Source: Alteromonas sp. | GTDB taxonomy: Bacteria; Margulisbacteria; Marinamargulisbacteria; UBA6595 | DNA: 64,000 nt | Direction of reading: 5' to 3' | Assembly (NCBI GenBank): GCA_964220215.1 | Contig: CAXPTH010000003.1 | Location: 5,246 to 69,245 of the forward strand | Part shown: positions 28,688 to 38,493 of the stretch, in pieces | Position numbering within the stretch: position 1 is the stretch's first letter | Layout of the letters: every line of letters begins with the position of its first letter | Translations under genes and position numbers: made by a program | Notes under the pieces: model-generated | The model's input: only the letters and a program-made list of their open reading frames with translations | What the model was told of the DNA's origin: nothing | Databases searched by the model: none

Positions 28688-29551
28688 CTAAGTAGTTACA
28701 ATCAATACAATACCAATCCCAATACTAAACACGAGTAAAAACAAGGCTGTTTGAGCTAAGGCCGAATTAAACGCTGGGCTTGGTGGCGTGTGTATAATTT
28801 GTAATGGGCGAATTAGCAGCGGTGTCGCTACATAGGCAATCGCAATGGGGTAACGGGACGCAAGAATGGCGGGGACACACAATGCAATGCCCAGCATTAT
28901 CCAATACAGCACCCGGCCCATCGGCAGGCCAAACCGGACGACCAATGTGTATTTGCGGTTGTGCTGATCCTCCACACAATCTCGCATATTATTAACCAGC
29001 AAAATAGCCGCAGCCATGCAACCCGGAATTAGGCTCAGAATCAGGGCGTCTGAATGCCACTGATGCGTATGCAAATAATACGCACTCCCCGTCGCCAGTG
29101 GACCCAGCAAACTAAATACGGCCAGATCTCCCAGACCATGATACGCCAATGGGTACGGCCCGCCTGTATACATATACCCAACCGTAGCGCCCAAACCAAT
29201 AATGCCCATCAAAATCCAGCCTCCCGCATATACTAGAGGCACACTACACATCAAACCAGCCAAAAAGGTGCCCACCATCCACGCATACATGGTCGGAGGA
29301 GCGACCCATCCAGCGGCGGTCAATCGGGTGGTGCCATGCTGCCGGTTCCGATCGCCACCTCGTTTTGCATCGTAATAATCATTGGCTAAGTTCGTTCCCA
29401 TTTGAAGGCAAATAATTGTTCCGCAGCCCCACGCAAATACCCAGGGTGAAAACGCCCCATGATGGTAGGCTAACGCACTGCCCAATACGGCTGGAGACAA
29501 ACTAGCGGCCAATGTTTTAATGCGAATAGCGTATAGAAATAAGCGGAGCAT
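28688..29551 (-). CDS. menA: 1,4-dihydroxy-2-naphthoate octaprenyltransferase
   Basis: UbiA-family prenyltransferase, 287 aa, MenA-like N-terminus (RIKTLAASLSPAVLGSALAY). Confidence 0.75.
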   Translation of the reverse strand: MLRLFLYAIRIKTLAASLSPAVLGSALAYHHGAFSPWVFAWGCGTIICLQMGTNLANDYYDAKRGGDRNRQHGTTRLTAAGWVAPPTMYAWMVGTFLAGLMCSVPLVYAGGWILMGIIGLGATVGYMYTGGPYPLAYHGLGDLAVFSLLGPLATGSAYYLHTHQWHSDALILSLIPGCMAAAILLVNNMRDCVEDQHNRKYTLVVRFGLPMGRVLYWIMLGIALCVPAILASRYPIAIAYVATPLLIRPLQIIHTPPSPAFNSALAQTALFLLVFSIGIGIVLIVTT

Positions 29552-30148
29552 CTAGGCCTGGCGCTGAATAATAAATCGGCCTCGGGGGGCAGCCAGATTG
29601 TCCAGGCAATGGGGGATTATGGCATTGAGCCATGCCGCATTAAACAGCGGTAAGGGTTTAACCAATTCAATGGCATGCCGATGGCAAAACTGTTTAAAAT
29701 CATAAATCGATAAAAAGCGAATATTGGGACTTTCAAACCACGTATGAGGCAAGGATGCGCTTTGAGGGGTGCGTCCCAACAAGCCTTGAATCCGATTGGG
29801 TAAAAAAGCAAAATTGGGAAAACTAATGATGCAGGTGGTGGCAATGCGTAAAATGGCATCCAATGTTGACACGGGGTCTTTAATTTCTTGCAATGTTTCG
29901 GAAAAAATAACCACGTCAAACGTATTGGGGCTAAATAAATCCAATCCACTATTAATGTCGTGTTCAATAACATTCAACCCTTTGTTTAAGCATGTTAAAA
30001 TATTATCCGGGTCAATATCAATGCCATAGGCGATAACCTGCTTGGTTTGAATTAATAGCTCCATAAACTCCCCATTGCCACATCCCAGGTCCAAGACGCG
30101 AGCCCCTTGGTGTATTTCATTGACAATACTATGCTGAAATCCGATCAT
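29552..30148 (-). CDS. metW: methionine biosynthesis protein MetW
   Basis: VLDLGCGNGEF SAM-MTase-like motif, about 198 aa, immediately downstream of and overlapping metX. Confidence 0.8.
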   Translation of the reverse strand: MIGFQHSIVNEIHQGARVLDLGCGNGEFMELLIQTKQVIAYGIDIDPDNILTCLNKGLNVIEHDINSGLDLFSPNTFDVVIFSETLQEIKDPVSTLDAILRIATTCIISFPNFAFLPNRIQGLLGRTPQSASLPHTWFESPNIRFLSIYDFKQFCHRHAIELVKPLPLFNAAWLNAIIPHCLDNLAAPRGRFIIQRQA

Positions 30149-31140
30149 AGCGCACTCCGAAGCAATTGACTTAACTGTTCATTGGCCAATAAAAACCCGT
30201 CGTGTCCGTAGGGCGAATGCAGGGTTGCATACCGAACGGGCTTACCCAGCTCAACCAAGGCCTGAACCATTCGCTTGCTTTCTGAAACAGGGTAGAGCCA
30301 ATCGGAACTAATGGCAATAAAAAAATGCTGGGCTGTTGTGTTGGCAAACGCCGTTTTTAAATCGCCATACCGACGGTCCAGGTCAAAATAACTAATGGCT
30401 TTAGACAAATACTGATAACTGTATGGATCAAACTGATCTTTAAACTTGGTGCCTTGATAATGCAGGTAACTTTCAATTTGAAAATCATTGATAAAGTTGT
30501 AACTGTAGTCGGGTTTCGCATCTTGAAGATCACGGCCAAATCGATCCGCCAATAAATCGCCAGACAAATAAGTAGTATGCCCCAGCATTCGAGCTAAAAC
30601 CAAGCCGTCTCGTTGATGATTCAAAATGGCCTGTCGGCCAATGGCGTTAAACGCAAGGGCTTGGGTGGACAACCGGCTGGTGCACGCAATGGGGATGCAC
30701 AATCGCAGAGCATCCGGATAACACAAGCTCCAGGTCAACGCTTGCATGCCACCCATTGATCCCCCAATCACGGCGGCTAGTTGCTCAATTCCCAACTGCT
30801 GAATGCATGCGTGTTGAACCGCAACCATGTCTTCAATGGTAATGACCGGAAAGGCATCGGACGTGGGGCCTGTGCTGCCTTTGCAGCTGCCCAGCACGTT
30901 GGTGCATAGGACATAGTACCGGGTTGTATCAATGGCTTTGTGGGGGCCAACGTAGTCATCCCACCAGCCATCTGGCCCAGCAGCATGGCTGTCTGCTGTG
31001 AGGGTGTGGCACAGTAAAATGGCGTTGCTTTTTTTGGCATTTAATGTGCCCCAGGTTTCATAGGCAACCGTAATATTACCCAAGGATTCCCCAGACGCTA
31101 AGCGTAATGGCTCGGATTCAAAGCATTGCATGGTTGGCAT
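30145..31140 (-). CDS. metX: homoserine O-acetyltransferase
   Basis: alpha/beta hydrolase with GGSMGGMQAL nucleophile elbow; MetX-like N-terminus. Confidence 0.85.
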   Translation of the reverse strand: MPTMQCFESEPLRLASGESLGNITVAYETWGTLNAKKSNAILLCHTLTADSHAAGPDGWWDDYVGPHKAIDTTRYYVLCTNVLGSCKGSTGPTSDAFPVITIEDMVAVQHACIQQLGIEQLAAVIGGSMGGMQALTWSLCYPDALRLCIPIACTSRLSTQALAFNAIGRQAILNHQRDGLVLARMLGHTTYLSGDLLADRFGRDLQDAKPDYSYNFINDFQIESYLHYQGTKFKDQFDPYSYQYLSKAISYFDLDRRYGDLKTAFANTTAQHFFIAISSDWLYPVSESKRMVQALVELGKPVRYATLHSPYGHDGFLLANEQLSQLLRSAL

Positions 31141-31181
31141 AGTCTTAATGATACCGGGTTTTTTGCTGGTAGTGCCAGTCT

Positions 31182-32252
31182 TTAGCTGGATCCAATAATG
31201 CCGCCGCCCACCACGCGATTTTTGTCATAGAGCACTAGCGACTGTCCATTGGCTGTGGCATGGGTGGGGGTATTGAGTTGGATGACAGCCGTTGCCGATA
31301 CGGGATCATAGGCTTGAACAGTGCCTAAAATTGGGGGCATTTGATACCGGGTTTTAATGGAATATGTCTGGGTATGGATGGGTTCATTGGGATTCATAAA
31401 GCTCACGGTATGAAGCGAAACCGTTTGAATACTCATGGCGGGTTGTGTGTCCACAATGACGCGGTTGGTGTCGGTGTCTAGCTCAATGACGTAGTAGGGT
31501 ACTTCGGTTCCTAAGTTAAGTCCCCGACGTTGGCCCACCGTGTACAAGTACAGGCCCTGGTGGTCCCCCAAATAGCGCCCGGTTGTGTCCACAATCGACC
31601 CGGGTTTTCGATCCGCCGGATCACTGTGTTTTTCCACAAACGGTTTGTAGTTTTGCACGAAGCAAATATCTTGACTTTCTTTTTTATTGGCGGTAATTAG
31701 GCCGTGGTCTTGGGCAATGCGTCGAATCTCGGTTTTGGTGTAGCCACCCAATGGAAACAACACACGGCTGAGGGTGGCTTGATTTAGCATGTATAAAAAA
31801 TACGTTTGATCTTTTTGGTCATCCGCTGCTTGATTCAGGCGATAGGTTTTTGTTTTGTTCGAATAGGTTTTTTTGCAGTAATGCCCGGTGGCCACATAAT
31901 CAATACCAAGCGCATTGGCTTTGTCTAACAAGGCATCAAATTTAATAAATCGATTGCAATTAACACAAGGATTTGGGGTTTCACCGTTTAAGTAGCTGCG
32001 AATAAATGGATCAATGACGGCATCTTTAAACAAGGTTTTGGTGTTGAGGGTGTAGTGGGGGATTCCCAATTGTGCGCACACGCGTTTGGCGTCGGTCACA
32101 TCGCTAACATTGCAGCAGCGTGAAGCATGGGCATCATCCAGCAATTGCATGGTCATGCCAATCACCCGATACCCACGTGATTTTAAAATAGCGGCACAGA
32201 CCGATGAATCCACACCGCCACTCATCCCCACAATAACTGATTTTTTGCTCAT
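31182..32252 (-). CDS. mnmA: tRNA 2-thiouridine synthase MnmA
   Basis: VIVGMSGGVDSSV PP-loop and MnmA body. Confidence 0.9.
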   Translation of the reverse strand: MSKKSVIVGMSGGVDSSVCAAILKSRGYRVIGMTMQLLDDAHASRCCNVSDVTDAKRVCAQLGIPHYTLNTKTLFKDAVIDPFIRSYLNGETPNPCVNCNRFIKFDALLDKANALGIDYVATGHYCKKTYSNKTKTYRLNQAADDQKDQTYFLYMLNQATLSRVLFPLGGYTKTEIRRIAQDHGLITANKKESQDICFVQNYKPFVEKHSDPADRKPGSIVDTTGRYLGDHQGLYLYTVGQRRGLNLGTEVPYYVIELDTDTNRVIVDTQPAMSIQTVSLHTVSFMNPNEPIHTQTYSIKTRYQMPPILGTVQAYDPVSATAVIQLNTPTHATANGQSLVLYDKNRVVGGGIIGSS

Positions 32253-32364
32253 TATTAACTCTATTTTAGCATAATGCGTAAAATAATTTGACCGGTTAAG
32301 AATTGTTTGGAGCTCATCAAATTTATGTTTTATTTCAAATCGATTTTAATGGTATACTAAAAAG

Positions 32365-33702
32365 GTGGGAACAACTCAGACAGAGCAAATTTATATTGAA
32401 ACATACGGATGCCAGATGAATGTCTACGACACCCAATTGGTGGAGTCGATTGTGTGCGAAGCTGGGCATACCCTGGTTAATACCGTAGAGGCGGCATCCG
32501 TTGTCATGCTCAACACCTGCTCGGTGAGAGAAAATGCGAATACCAAAGTGTACAATCGCATTCACACCATTCGGCAAGCCAAGCAGAACCAACCCGTTAA
32601 AATTGGGATTCTAGGTTGCATGGCAACCAATTTCAAATCCGATTTACTCAATGATCCCAAACTGAACATTGATTTTATTGCTGGGCCCGATAGTTACAAA
32701 CAATTGCCGTCATTAATTAACAATTGTTACGACTCACAAGAAAAACCCTTTGATGTTACCTTGTCTGAGTTTGAAACCTATTCCGATGTAATGCCGGCTC
32801 AAAAAAGCGGGGTGAATGCCTGGTTGGCCATCATGCGCGGATGCAACAATTTTTGTTCGTTTTGTGTCGTGCCCTTTACCCGTGGGCGCGAACGCAGTCG
32901 CAGTGCCGACAATATTGTTGAGGAAGTGGAGCGCTTGGTCGCTCTGGGTTATGAACAAGTTACGCTATTGGGCCAAAATGTTAATTCGTATCGGGATGAG
33001 CACTATGATTTTGCTGATTTAATGGCAAAAGTGAGTGATGTGCCGGGGATTCGACGCATTCGATTTACATCCCCACACCCCAAAGACTTCCCCGAAAAAT
33101 TGCTGCATGTGATTGCCGAGCGGGACAACATTTGCAATCAATTGCATATGCCCTTGCAATCAGGAAATACCGAATTGTTGAAAAAAATGAATCGCCCCTA
33201 TACCAAAGAAGAATTTTTAGGTTTATTAGACACCGCACGTGCTATTATTCCCAATGTGAGTATTAGCACTGATATTATTGTTGGGTTTCCCGGAGAAACG
33301 GACGCTGCTTTCGAAGATACGGCCGATGTCACCCGGCGCGCTAAGTTTGAAAAAGCCTATATATTTGAGTATTCGCCCCGAGAAAACACGTTAGCAAGCC
33401 GCCGGTACCCCGATGATGTTCCCAAGGCCATTAAAAACCAACGGTTGCAAATACTCAATGCCATTCAAAAAGAAAACAGAAGTCAAATTTTACTCAGTCA
33501 AGTGGGGCACGTTCAACGCATTTTGATGGATCAAGCCACGACTAAAAAAGGCAACGATATGGCCGGTCGCAATGAATCGGATACCATTGTGATTGTGCCT
33601 GAAGCCATGGCGACCCATTTGGCTGTGGGGGATTGGGTGGATGTTACCATCACTGGGGCAACGCCTTTGGTTTTGTATGGCACGCCGGTGAATCATGAAT
33701 AA
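32365..33702 (+). CDS. miaB: MiaB-family tRNA methylthiotransferase
   Basis: GTG start. YIETYGCQMNVYDT MTTase N-domain, CNNFCSFC radical SAM motif, TRAM-like C-terminus. Confidence 0.75.
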   Translation: MGTTQTEQIYIETYGCQMNVYDTQLVESIVCEAGHTLVNTVEAASVVMLNTCSVRENANTKVYNRIHTIRQAKQNQPVKIGILGCMATNFKSDLLNDPKLNIDFIAGPDSYKQLPSLINNCYDSQEKPFDVTLSEFETYSDVMPAQKSGVNAWLAIMRGCNNFCSFCVVPFTRGRERSRSADNIVEEVERLVALGYEQVTLLGQNVNSYRDEHYDFADLMAKVSDVPGIRRIRFTSPHPKDFPEKLLHVIAERDNICNQLHMPLQSGNTELLKKMNRPYTKEEFLGLLDTARAIIPNVSISTDIIVGFPGETDAAFEDTADVTRRAKFEKAYIFEYSPRENTLASRRYPDDVPKAIKNQRLQILNAIQKENRSQILLSQVGHVQRILMDQATTKKGNDMAGRNESDTIVIVPEAMATHLAVGDWVDVTITGATPLVLYGTPVNHE

Positions 33703-34993
33703 AAAAGAAGCGGTTCTTGCAGCCCTATCCAGTGTATACCATGAGGATCAAGACATTGTTCGATTGGGATATGTGAAACACTTAGTTGTCAAAGGGGATG
33801 CGGTATCCTTAGCCTTGGATCTGGGTGGTAGTGCGTATGATGAACGCCATGCGTATAAGCAACAGGCCCAAACGGTGATATCGGGTTTAGCGTGGGTAGC
33901 CAGTGTGGAGATTGGCTTAATTCCACGGTCCCAGTCAACCCATCCGCAACCGGAGCAGGGATTGGATCGCGTCAACACCATTGTGGCCGTTTCCAGTTGT
34001 AAAGGCGGGGTCGGGAAATCCACCGTTGCGGTTAATCTGGCGTTTTCGTTGGCAAAACAAGGCTATTCTGTTGGCTTTTTTGATGCCGATATTTATGGCC
34101 CCAGTCTGGATACGTTAATTCATTTACCCCCAGAACCGTTGGGTATGATTAACGAGCAAATAATTCCCAAAGTGTTTCAGGATGTTAAATTAATGTCCTT
34201 TGCTTATACCCAAGATCCCAGCGAACCCGAGCCAGCCATTATGCGAGGCCCCATGGTGAGTCGCCTGATTCAGCAATTGTTAATGGGTACCCAATGGGGA
34301 GAGTTGGATTATTTGATTTTGGATTTGCCGCCAGGAACCGGCGACATTCACATTACCTTGGCCCAATTAATTCCCATTGCAGCCGCCCTGATTGTAACCA
34401 CGCCACAAGCCCTGAGCTTGGTGGATGTGATTAAAGGCATTCATATGTTTGATTCGTTAAACATTCCAACGGTAGGGGTGGTTGAAAACATGAGCTACTT
34501 TCTATGCGAGGGGTGTACCCATCGGCATTATCCATTTGGGCAAGGCGCCAAAGACTATTTGGAAAGCCAATATGGCTTTAGCCATACCATTCAGTTGCCG
34601 TTGGATGCCGTGTTGACAACAGCGTGCGATCATGGAGTTCCGCTGGTCTTGGCGGATCCCGATCATTCGGTTAGTGTGGCGTTTCAAGAACTGGCACAAG
34701 GCCTGACGCAGCGTTTGGCCGAACAAGGGGATCGAACCCTGCCTGCCCTAAGCTATGCAGACAATCAGCTAACCCTGACGCATCAGAGTCATGCGCATTC
34801 AATTCATTTAGATGCATTAAGACAGGCGTGTCAGTGTGCATTGTGCACATCGGATACCCCCACGGGTATTCAGAGCGATGCCGTTCCGGTTGATATTCAG
34901 CCGGTTGGTCAATATGCCATTGGGGTTCAATGGTCGGATGATCATGCGTCGTTGTATCCCCACACCGCTTTGCTGGCCTTGACGCATGTCTAA
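33695..34993 (+). CDS. apbC: Mrp/ApbC Fe-S cluster carrier ATPase with C-terminal Cys-rich DUF971-like extension
   Basis: VSSCKGGVGKSTVAVNLA deviant Walker A; C-terminal ...CQCALC... Confidence 0.8.
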   Translation: MNKKEAVLAALSSVYHEDQDIVRLGYVKHLVVKGDAVSLALDLGGSAYDERHAYKQQAQTVISGLAWVASVEIGLIPRSQSTHPQPEQGLDRVNTIVAVSSCKGGVGKSTVAVNLAFSLAKQGYSVGFFDADIYGPSLDTLIHLPPEPLGMINEQIIPKVFQDVKLMSFAYTQDPSEPEPAIMRGPMVSRLIQQLLMGTQWGELDYLILDLPPGTGDIHITLAQLIPIAAALIVTTPQALSLVDVIKGIHMFDSLNIPTVGVVENMSYFLCEGCTHRHYPFGQGAKDYLESQYGFSHTIQLPLDAVLTTACDHGVPLVLADPDHSVSVAFQELAQGLTQRLAEQGDRTLPALSYADNQLTLTHQSHAHSIHLDALRQACQCALCTSDTPTGIQSDAVPVDIQPVGQYAIGVQWSDDHASLYPHTALLALTHV

Positions 34994-36338
34994 TCAGCAC
35001 CCACAGCTATTGATTATGGGACGCCCCAATGTGGGAAAGTCCACGATTATTAATCGATTATTGGGAAAGCGACAAGCCATTACATCGGATGAATCAGGCG
35101 TCACTCGGGATATTGCGATGTACCCGTTAACGTGGGATTCCCATGCGCTGCTATTGGTGGACAGTGGGGGGGTGTTTTTAAGCAATTCCAGCGATATTTA
35201 TTTACAATCGGCTATTGAATCCAGGGTCAAGCATGCCATTGAGCAAGCCAGCGCAATTTTATTTGTCGTGGACTACCAAGCGGGTATTCAAACGCATGAT
35301 CAACTGATTGCACGGTATTTGCACCAGGCCAACCGACCGGTGTATGTGTTGGTGAATAAAGTGGACGATACCCGGGTGCATCATGAGTATACGGAGTTTT
35401 ATCGCTTGGGATTTGATGCGGTGTATCCAGTATCGGGGGCGCACGGCACTGGCTTTTCGGATTTGTTGGATGCCGTGTGCACGCAGGTGTATGCTGAAGC
35501 AGATAAGGTAGAGGCGGTAGAATCAGACGCTAGTCACAGCATTGCGTTTATTGGGCGCCCGAATGTGGGCAAGTCGTCGTTGCTCAATACAATTTTAAAT
35601 GATGAGCGTGTGCTGGTGGATAATAAAGCTGGAACCACCCGAGATTCCATTCGGGTGCCGTTTCAATTTCAGGATCAGTCGTTTATGTTGGTGGATACGG
35701 CGGGTATTCGCCGAAAATCAAAAATTACCGATGATGTTGAGTATTATTCGGTCGTTCGGTCCTCCTCTGCCATGAGTGATGTGGATGTGGTTGTGCTAGT
35801 TTTGGAGGCGGATCCGTTTTTAACCGATCACGATAAGCGGTTGCTTAGTATGGCCATGGATTCGGCCAAGGCCATTATTGTCTTTGTGAATAAATGGGAT
35901 TTGTTGGAACGCAGCGATGCCAATCGGCGTTCGTTAATTAAAAAAGCGACCTGGGCGATGCCCGCCTTGCAGCATTATCCGTTTATTTTTGGGTCGGCCC
36001 ATTTGGGGCATCAGCATCACAGTATTTTTGCAAAGATTCCGGATTTGGTGGCTCGGAGTCAGCAACGCATTCAAACATCGCGGTTAAATCAGTTTATTCG
36101 ATCGGTGGTGGATCACAGCCAACCGCCCTCAAAAACGGGGCAGCCGTTGCGTATTTTTTATGCCACACAAGCGGAAAGCAGCCCGCCAACGTTTATCTTT
36201 TTTGTGAATAACAAACAGTTGCTATCGCCACAATACCAACGATTTTTAGAGAAACGCTTTCGAGAGGCGTTTGATTTTGAGGGGGTCCCCATTCGGTTAT
36301 TTTTTAAGAATCGAGCTAAAGTTAATATTCGAGAGTAA
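34986..36338 (+). CDS. der: ribosome-biogenesis GTPase Der (EngA)
   Basis: Two tandem GTPase domains (GRPNVGKST x2) plus KH-like C-terminus. Confidence 0.9.
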   Translation: MSNQHPQLLIMGRPNVGKSTIINRLLGKRQAITSDESGVTRDIAMYPLTWDSHALLLVDSGGVFLSNSSDIYLQSAIESRVKHAIEQASAILFVVDYQAGIQTHDQLIARYLHQANRPVYVLVNKVDDTRVHHEYTEFYRLGFDAVYPVSGAHGTGFSDLLDAVCTQVYAEADKVEAVESDASHSIAFIGRPNVGKSSLLNTILNDERVLVDNKAGTTRDSIRVPFQFQDQSFMLVDTAGIRRKSKITDDVEYYSVVRSSSAMSDVDVVVLVLEADPFLTDHDKRLLSMAMDSAKAIIVFVNKWDLLERSDANRRSLIKKATWAMPALQHYPFIFGSAHLGHQHHSIFAKIPDLVARSQQRIQTSRLNQFIRSVVDHSQPPSKTGQPLRIFYATQAESSPPTFIFFVNNKQLLSPQYQRFLEKRFREAFDFEGVPIRLFFKNRAKVNIRE

Positions 36339-37734
36339 GCGATTCTTTTTCTCTTCCCCATAATTGTTGATGAAGCGTCCCATTTTTTTGAGCGCCCCTG
36401 TATAAAATTTTAAATTTATTTTGAATCGTAGCCAGTATTTTTTTTTGATAAACAGGGTGGTGTTCGATGAGCAAATGGCGAATTAAACTAGCCAGTCGAT
36501 AGATATCCATGGCCAGGTAGCGGTGCGATAATTGATCGGCATGGCCACCGTATTTCACAACCGTGGGTATCGGGGATAGCCCAATTGGTAATTCTCTTGA
36601 TAGAGACAACCATAAATCATAATCTTCACAAGCGGGCAACTGGGTTTGGAACCCCCCATGAGCCAGGAGCCAGTCCCGCCGAATTAATACCGCAGAGGGG
36701 GACACCATACACCGTTGGCAAGCGGCATCAAATATCCAGCCGGCAACCTTAATATGATGCCGTTGGGGCATGACTGGCTTACCATGACGAATCCATTGCT
36801 CAGGACTTTGCAACCAATAGTAAAAGGGGGCTTCCGCATGCGTTTTGCACAGCCGTTCAATGTGATCTGGCAACCAATAATCATCGTTATCTAAAAAGGC
36901 CACCCACGGTGTTTGGGCGTGGTGAATTCCACAATTTCGAGCATAGGAAACCCCTCGAGCCGATTCCGGTTCTCGAATGACCGAACATGCCGATACGGGG
37001 TACGTTTGGTCATAGACTGATTGAATGGCCCGGCGTGTTTCACGCGGTCGTTGAAAAGCTGGAATAATTGCCGTAATATCATCGGGGGTTACAGGCGCCC
37101 AGGTCAATAGTGCTTGAATATCGGCATGCAAACTCGGCAACTGGTTTTTATAGTCCCGAATCGATGGTTGATGGCCAAAATCACTCACACGCTTAAGCAC
37201 ATGAAAGGAGGTTGGGGTATTGTGAAAAACAGCCGCCTGAGCACTCGCTTCCATATCAACACACGGTGCCAAGGGCCACGCTGGCACAGCATGCACCGGC
37301 GTGGGGCTGCTATACAAGGTATCCGTACTGTATGGGGCCAGTGGCCACGGAATCGGCAAACGGTCTGGCATTGTATACCGGGTAGTTTGCGTCTGCACAT
37401 GCGTTATATGCAACCAAGTGCCCCAAGGATGGTGACGCTGTAACGCCGCACAGGTTCCAATATTAACCACATACCGGGGATTGAGCTCGGTGTGAATATA
37501 CTCAGCGGCCTGGTGCGACTGAGCCAGTCCAAGACCGGTAACAACAATGGCCACACGATCAAATAAGTAATAAATGGATGTGCCCTTAGGTGGACGCCAT
37601 TGGGGGGGCAGTTCAGCGGCCAAGGCCACAGTAATGACTAATTCGAGCTTATAGGTTGCTGGCAAGCCGACCGCGATTGCGTTGTTCCCGAAGCGCATCC
37701 AATTCGGGGTTTTTGGGGTCATCCGGACGTCCAA
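36322..37734 (-). CDS. fusion protein: PNP_UDP (nucleoside phosphorylase/MTA-nucleosidase)-like N-domain plus family 2 glycosyltransferase
   Basis: N-terminus ...VVTGLGLAQSHQAAEYIHTELNPRYVVNIGTCAAL (PNP_UDP_1-like). C-half IIPAFQRPRETRRAIQSVYDQTYP...ARNCGIHHAQTPWVAFLDNDDYW...CEDYDLW (GT2 DxD and ED motifs). The 5' end overlaps the upstream oxygenase gene. Confidence 0.6.
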   Translation of the reverse strand: MDVRMTPKTPNWMRFGNNAIAVGLPATYKLELVITVALAAELPPQWRPPKGTSIYYLFDRVAIVVTGLGLAQSHQAAEYIHTELNPRYVVNIGTCAALQRHHPWGTWLHITHVQTQTTRYTMPDRLPIPWPLAPYSTDTLYSSPTPVHAVPAWPLAPCVDMEASAQAAVFHNTPTSFHVLKRVSDFGHQPSIRDYKNQLPSLHADIQALLTWAPVTPDDITAIIPAFQRPRETRRAIQSVYDQTYPVSACSVIREPESARGVSYARNCGIHHAQTPWVAFLDNDDYWLPDHIERLCKTHAEAPFYYWLQSPEQWIRHGKPVMPQRHHIKVAGWIFDAACQRCMVSPSAVLIRRDWLLAHGGFQTQLPACEDYDLWLSLSRELPIGLSPIPTVVKYGGHADQLSHRYLAMDIYRLASLIRHLLIEHHPVYQKKILATIQNKFKILYRGAQKNGTLHQQLWGREKESLTLEY

Positions 37735-38452
37735 TAAATGTTGTGGAGTGTGCTGGCAATGTCACGCTAGATTCCAAAGCCGTGTAATAGTACACAGCAA
37801 TAGACTTTCGCGTCATGGACTCGGGACATTGAATGGGGTCTGGGAACCCATGGTAAGATCGCTCCGACGTATTAAATAAGACAAATCGATTAAAGAGTGG
37901 GGCAACACTGGCCATTTTTTTTGTTAAAACATGCTGATTGTTGGCATCTTGGTGGCCATCCCAAATGTCAAAAAAACCACCGTAAGCATCCTCCCAGTCT
38001 TTGTTTAAATATAAAATTCCATTGAGCCTGCGATGCAATTTGAGTTTTGGGTGAATATTAAAATCAATGTGGATGTCCAATTTGCCCCCACGCTGCGATT
38101 GATGGATGCCCCCGCCCCGATAATACGGATCCGGAATCAGGCCGTCAATGCCGGTCAACGCTTCTAAAAAATTTAAAAATTGCGCACTGTTTAATTCTTG
38201 GAGAATCGCCACAATGGGGTCTGGCAACACCGATAATCGATCCATGCCGAGTTTTTTTTCTAAGGGGTTGTCGTATTTGTAAAAGGCCATCGAATCGGGG
38301 CTTGGGAACGCATCCAAAGCTGCATTCGCTGCATCGGTTTGTGCAAAATTATCAAATTGAATATAGGGATACGGTTCTGTGTTTTGATACGATTGTGCGT
38401 GTGTATTGGCTAAATCGGTTAGTGTTGTGTAATCAAAAATCATGTTCATCAA
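37649..38452 (-). CDS. 2-oxoglutarate/Fe(II) oxygenase, prolyl-4-hydroxylase-like
   Basis: HIDFN (HxD), RLNGILYLNKDWEDAYGGFF (P4H-type YLN...W...GG motif), distal SYHGF His and RK about 14 aa later. Confidence 0.6.
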   Translation of the reverse strand: MMNMIFDYTTLTDLANTHAQSYQNTEPYPYIQFDNFAQTDAANAALDAFPSPDSMAFYKYDNPLEKKLGMDRLSVLPDPIVAILQELNSAQFLNFLEALTGIDGLIPDPYYRGGGIHQSQRGGKLDIHIDFNIHPKLKLHRRLNGILYLNKDWEDAYGGFFDIWDGHQDANNQHVLTKKMASVAPLFNRFVLFNTSERSYHGFPDPIQCPESMTRKSIAVYYYTALESSVTLPAHSTTFIGRPDDPKNPELDALREQRNRGRLASNL

Positions 38453-38493
38453 TAATACCCAACACTAATAAATTGTGTCAATTTATTTCTTTA

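Noticed and set aside
32340-32364. Extended -10 (tggtatact) immediately upstream of the miaB GTG, suggesting a leaderless transcript
   Set aside because: Plausible but cannot be distinguished from chance in AT-rich DNA without transcript data. Not reported as a feature.
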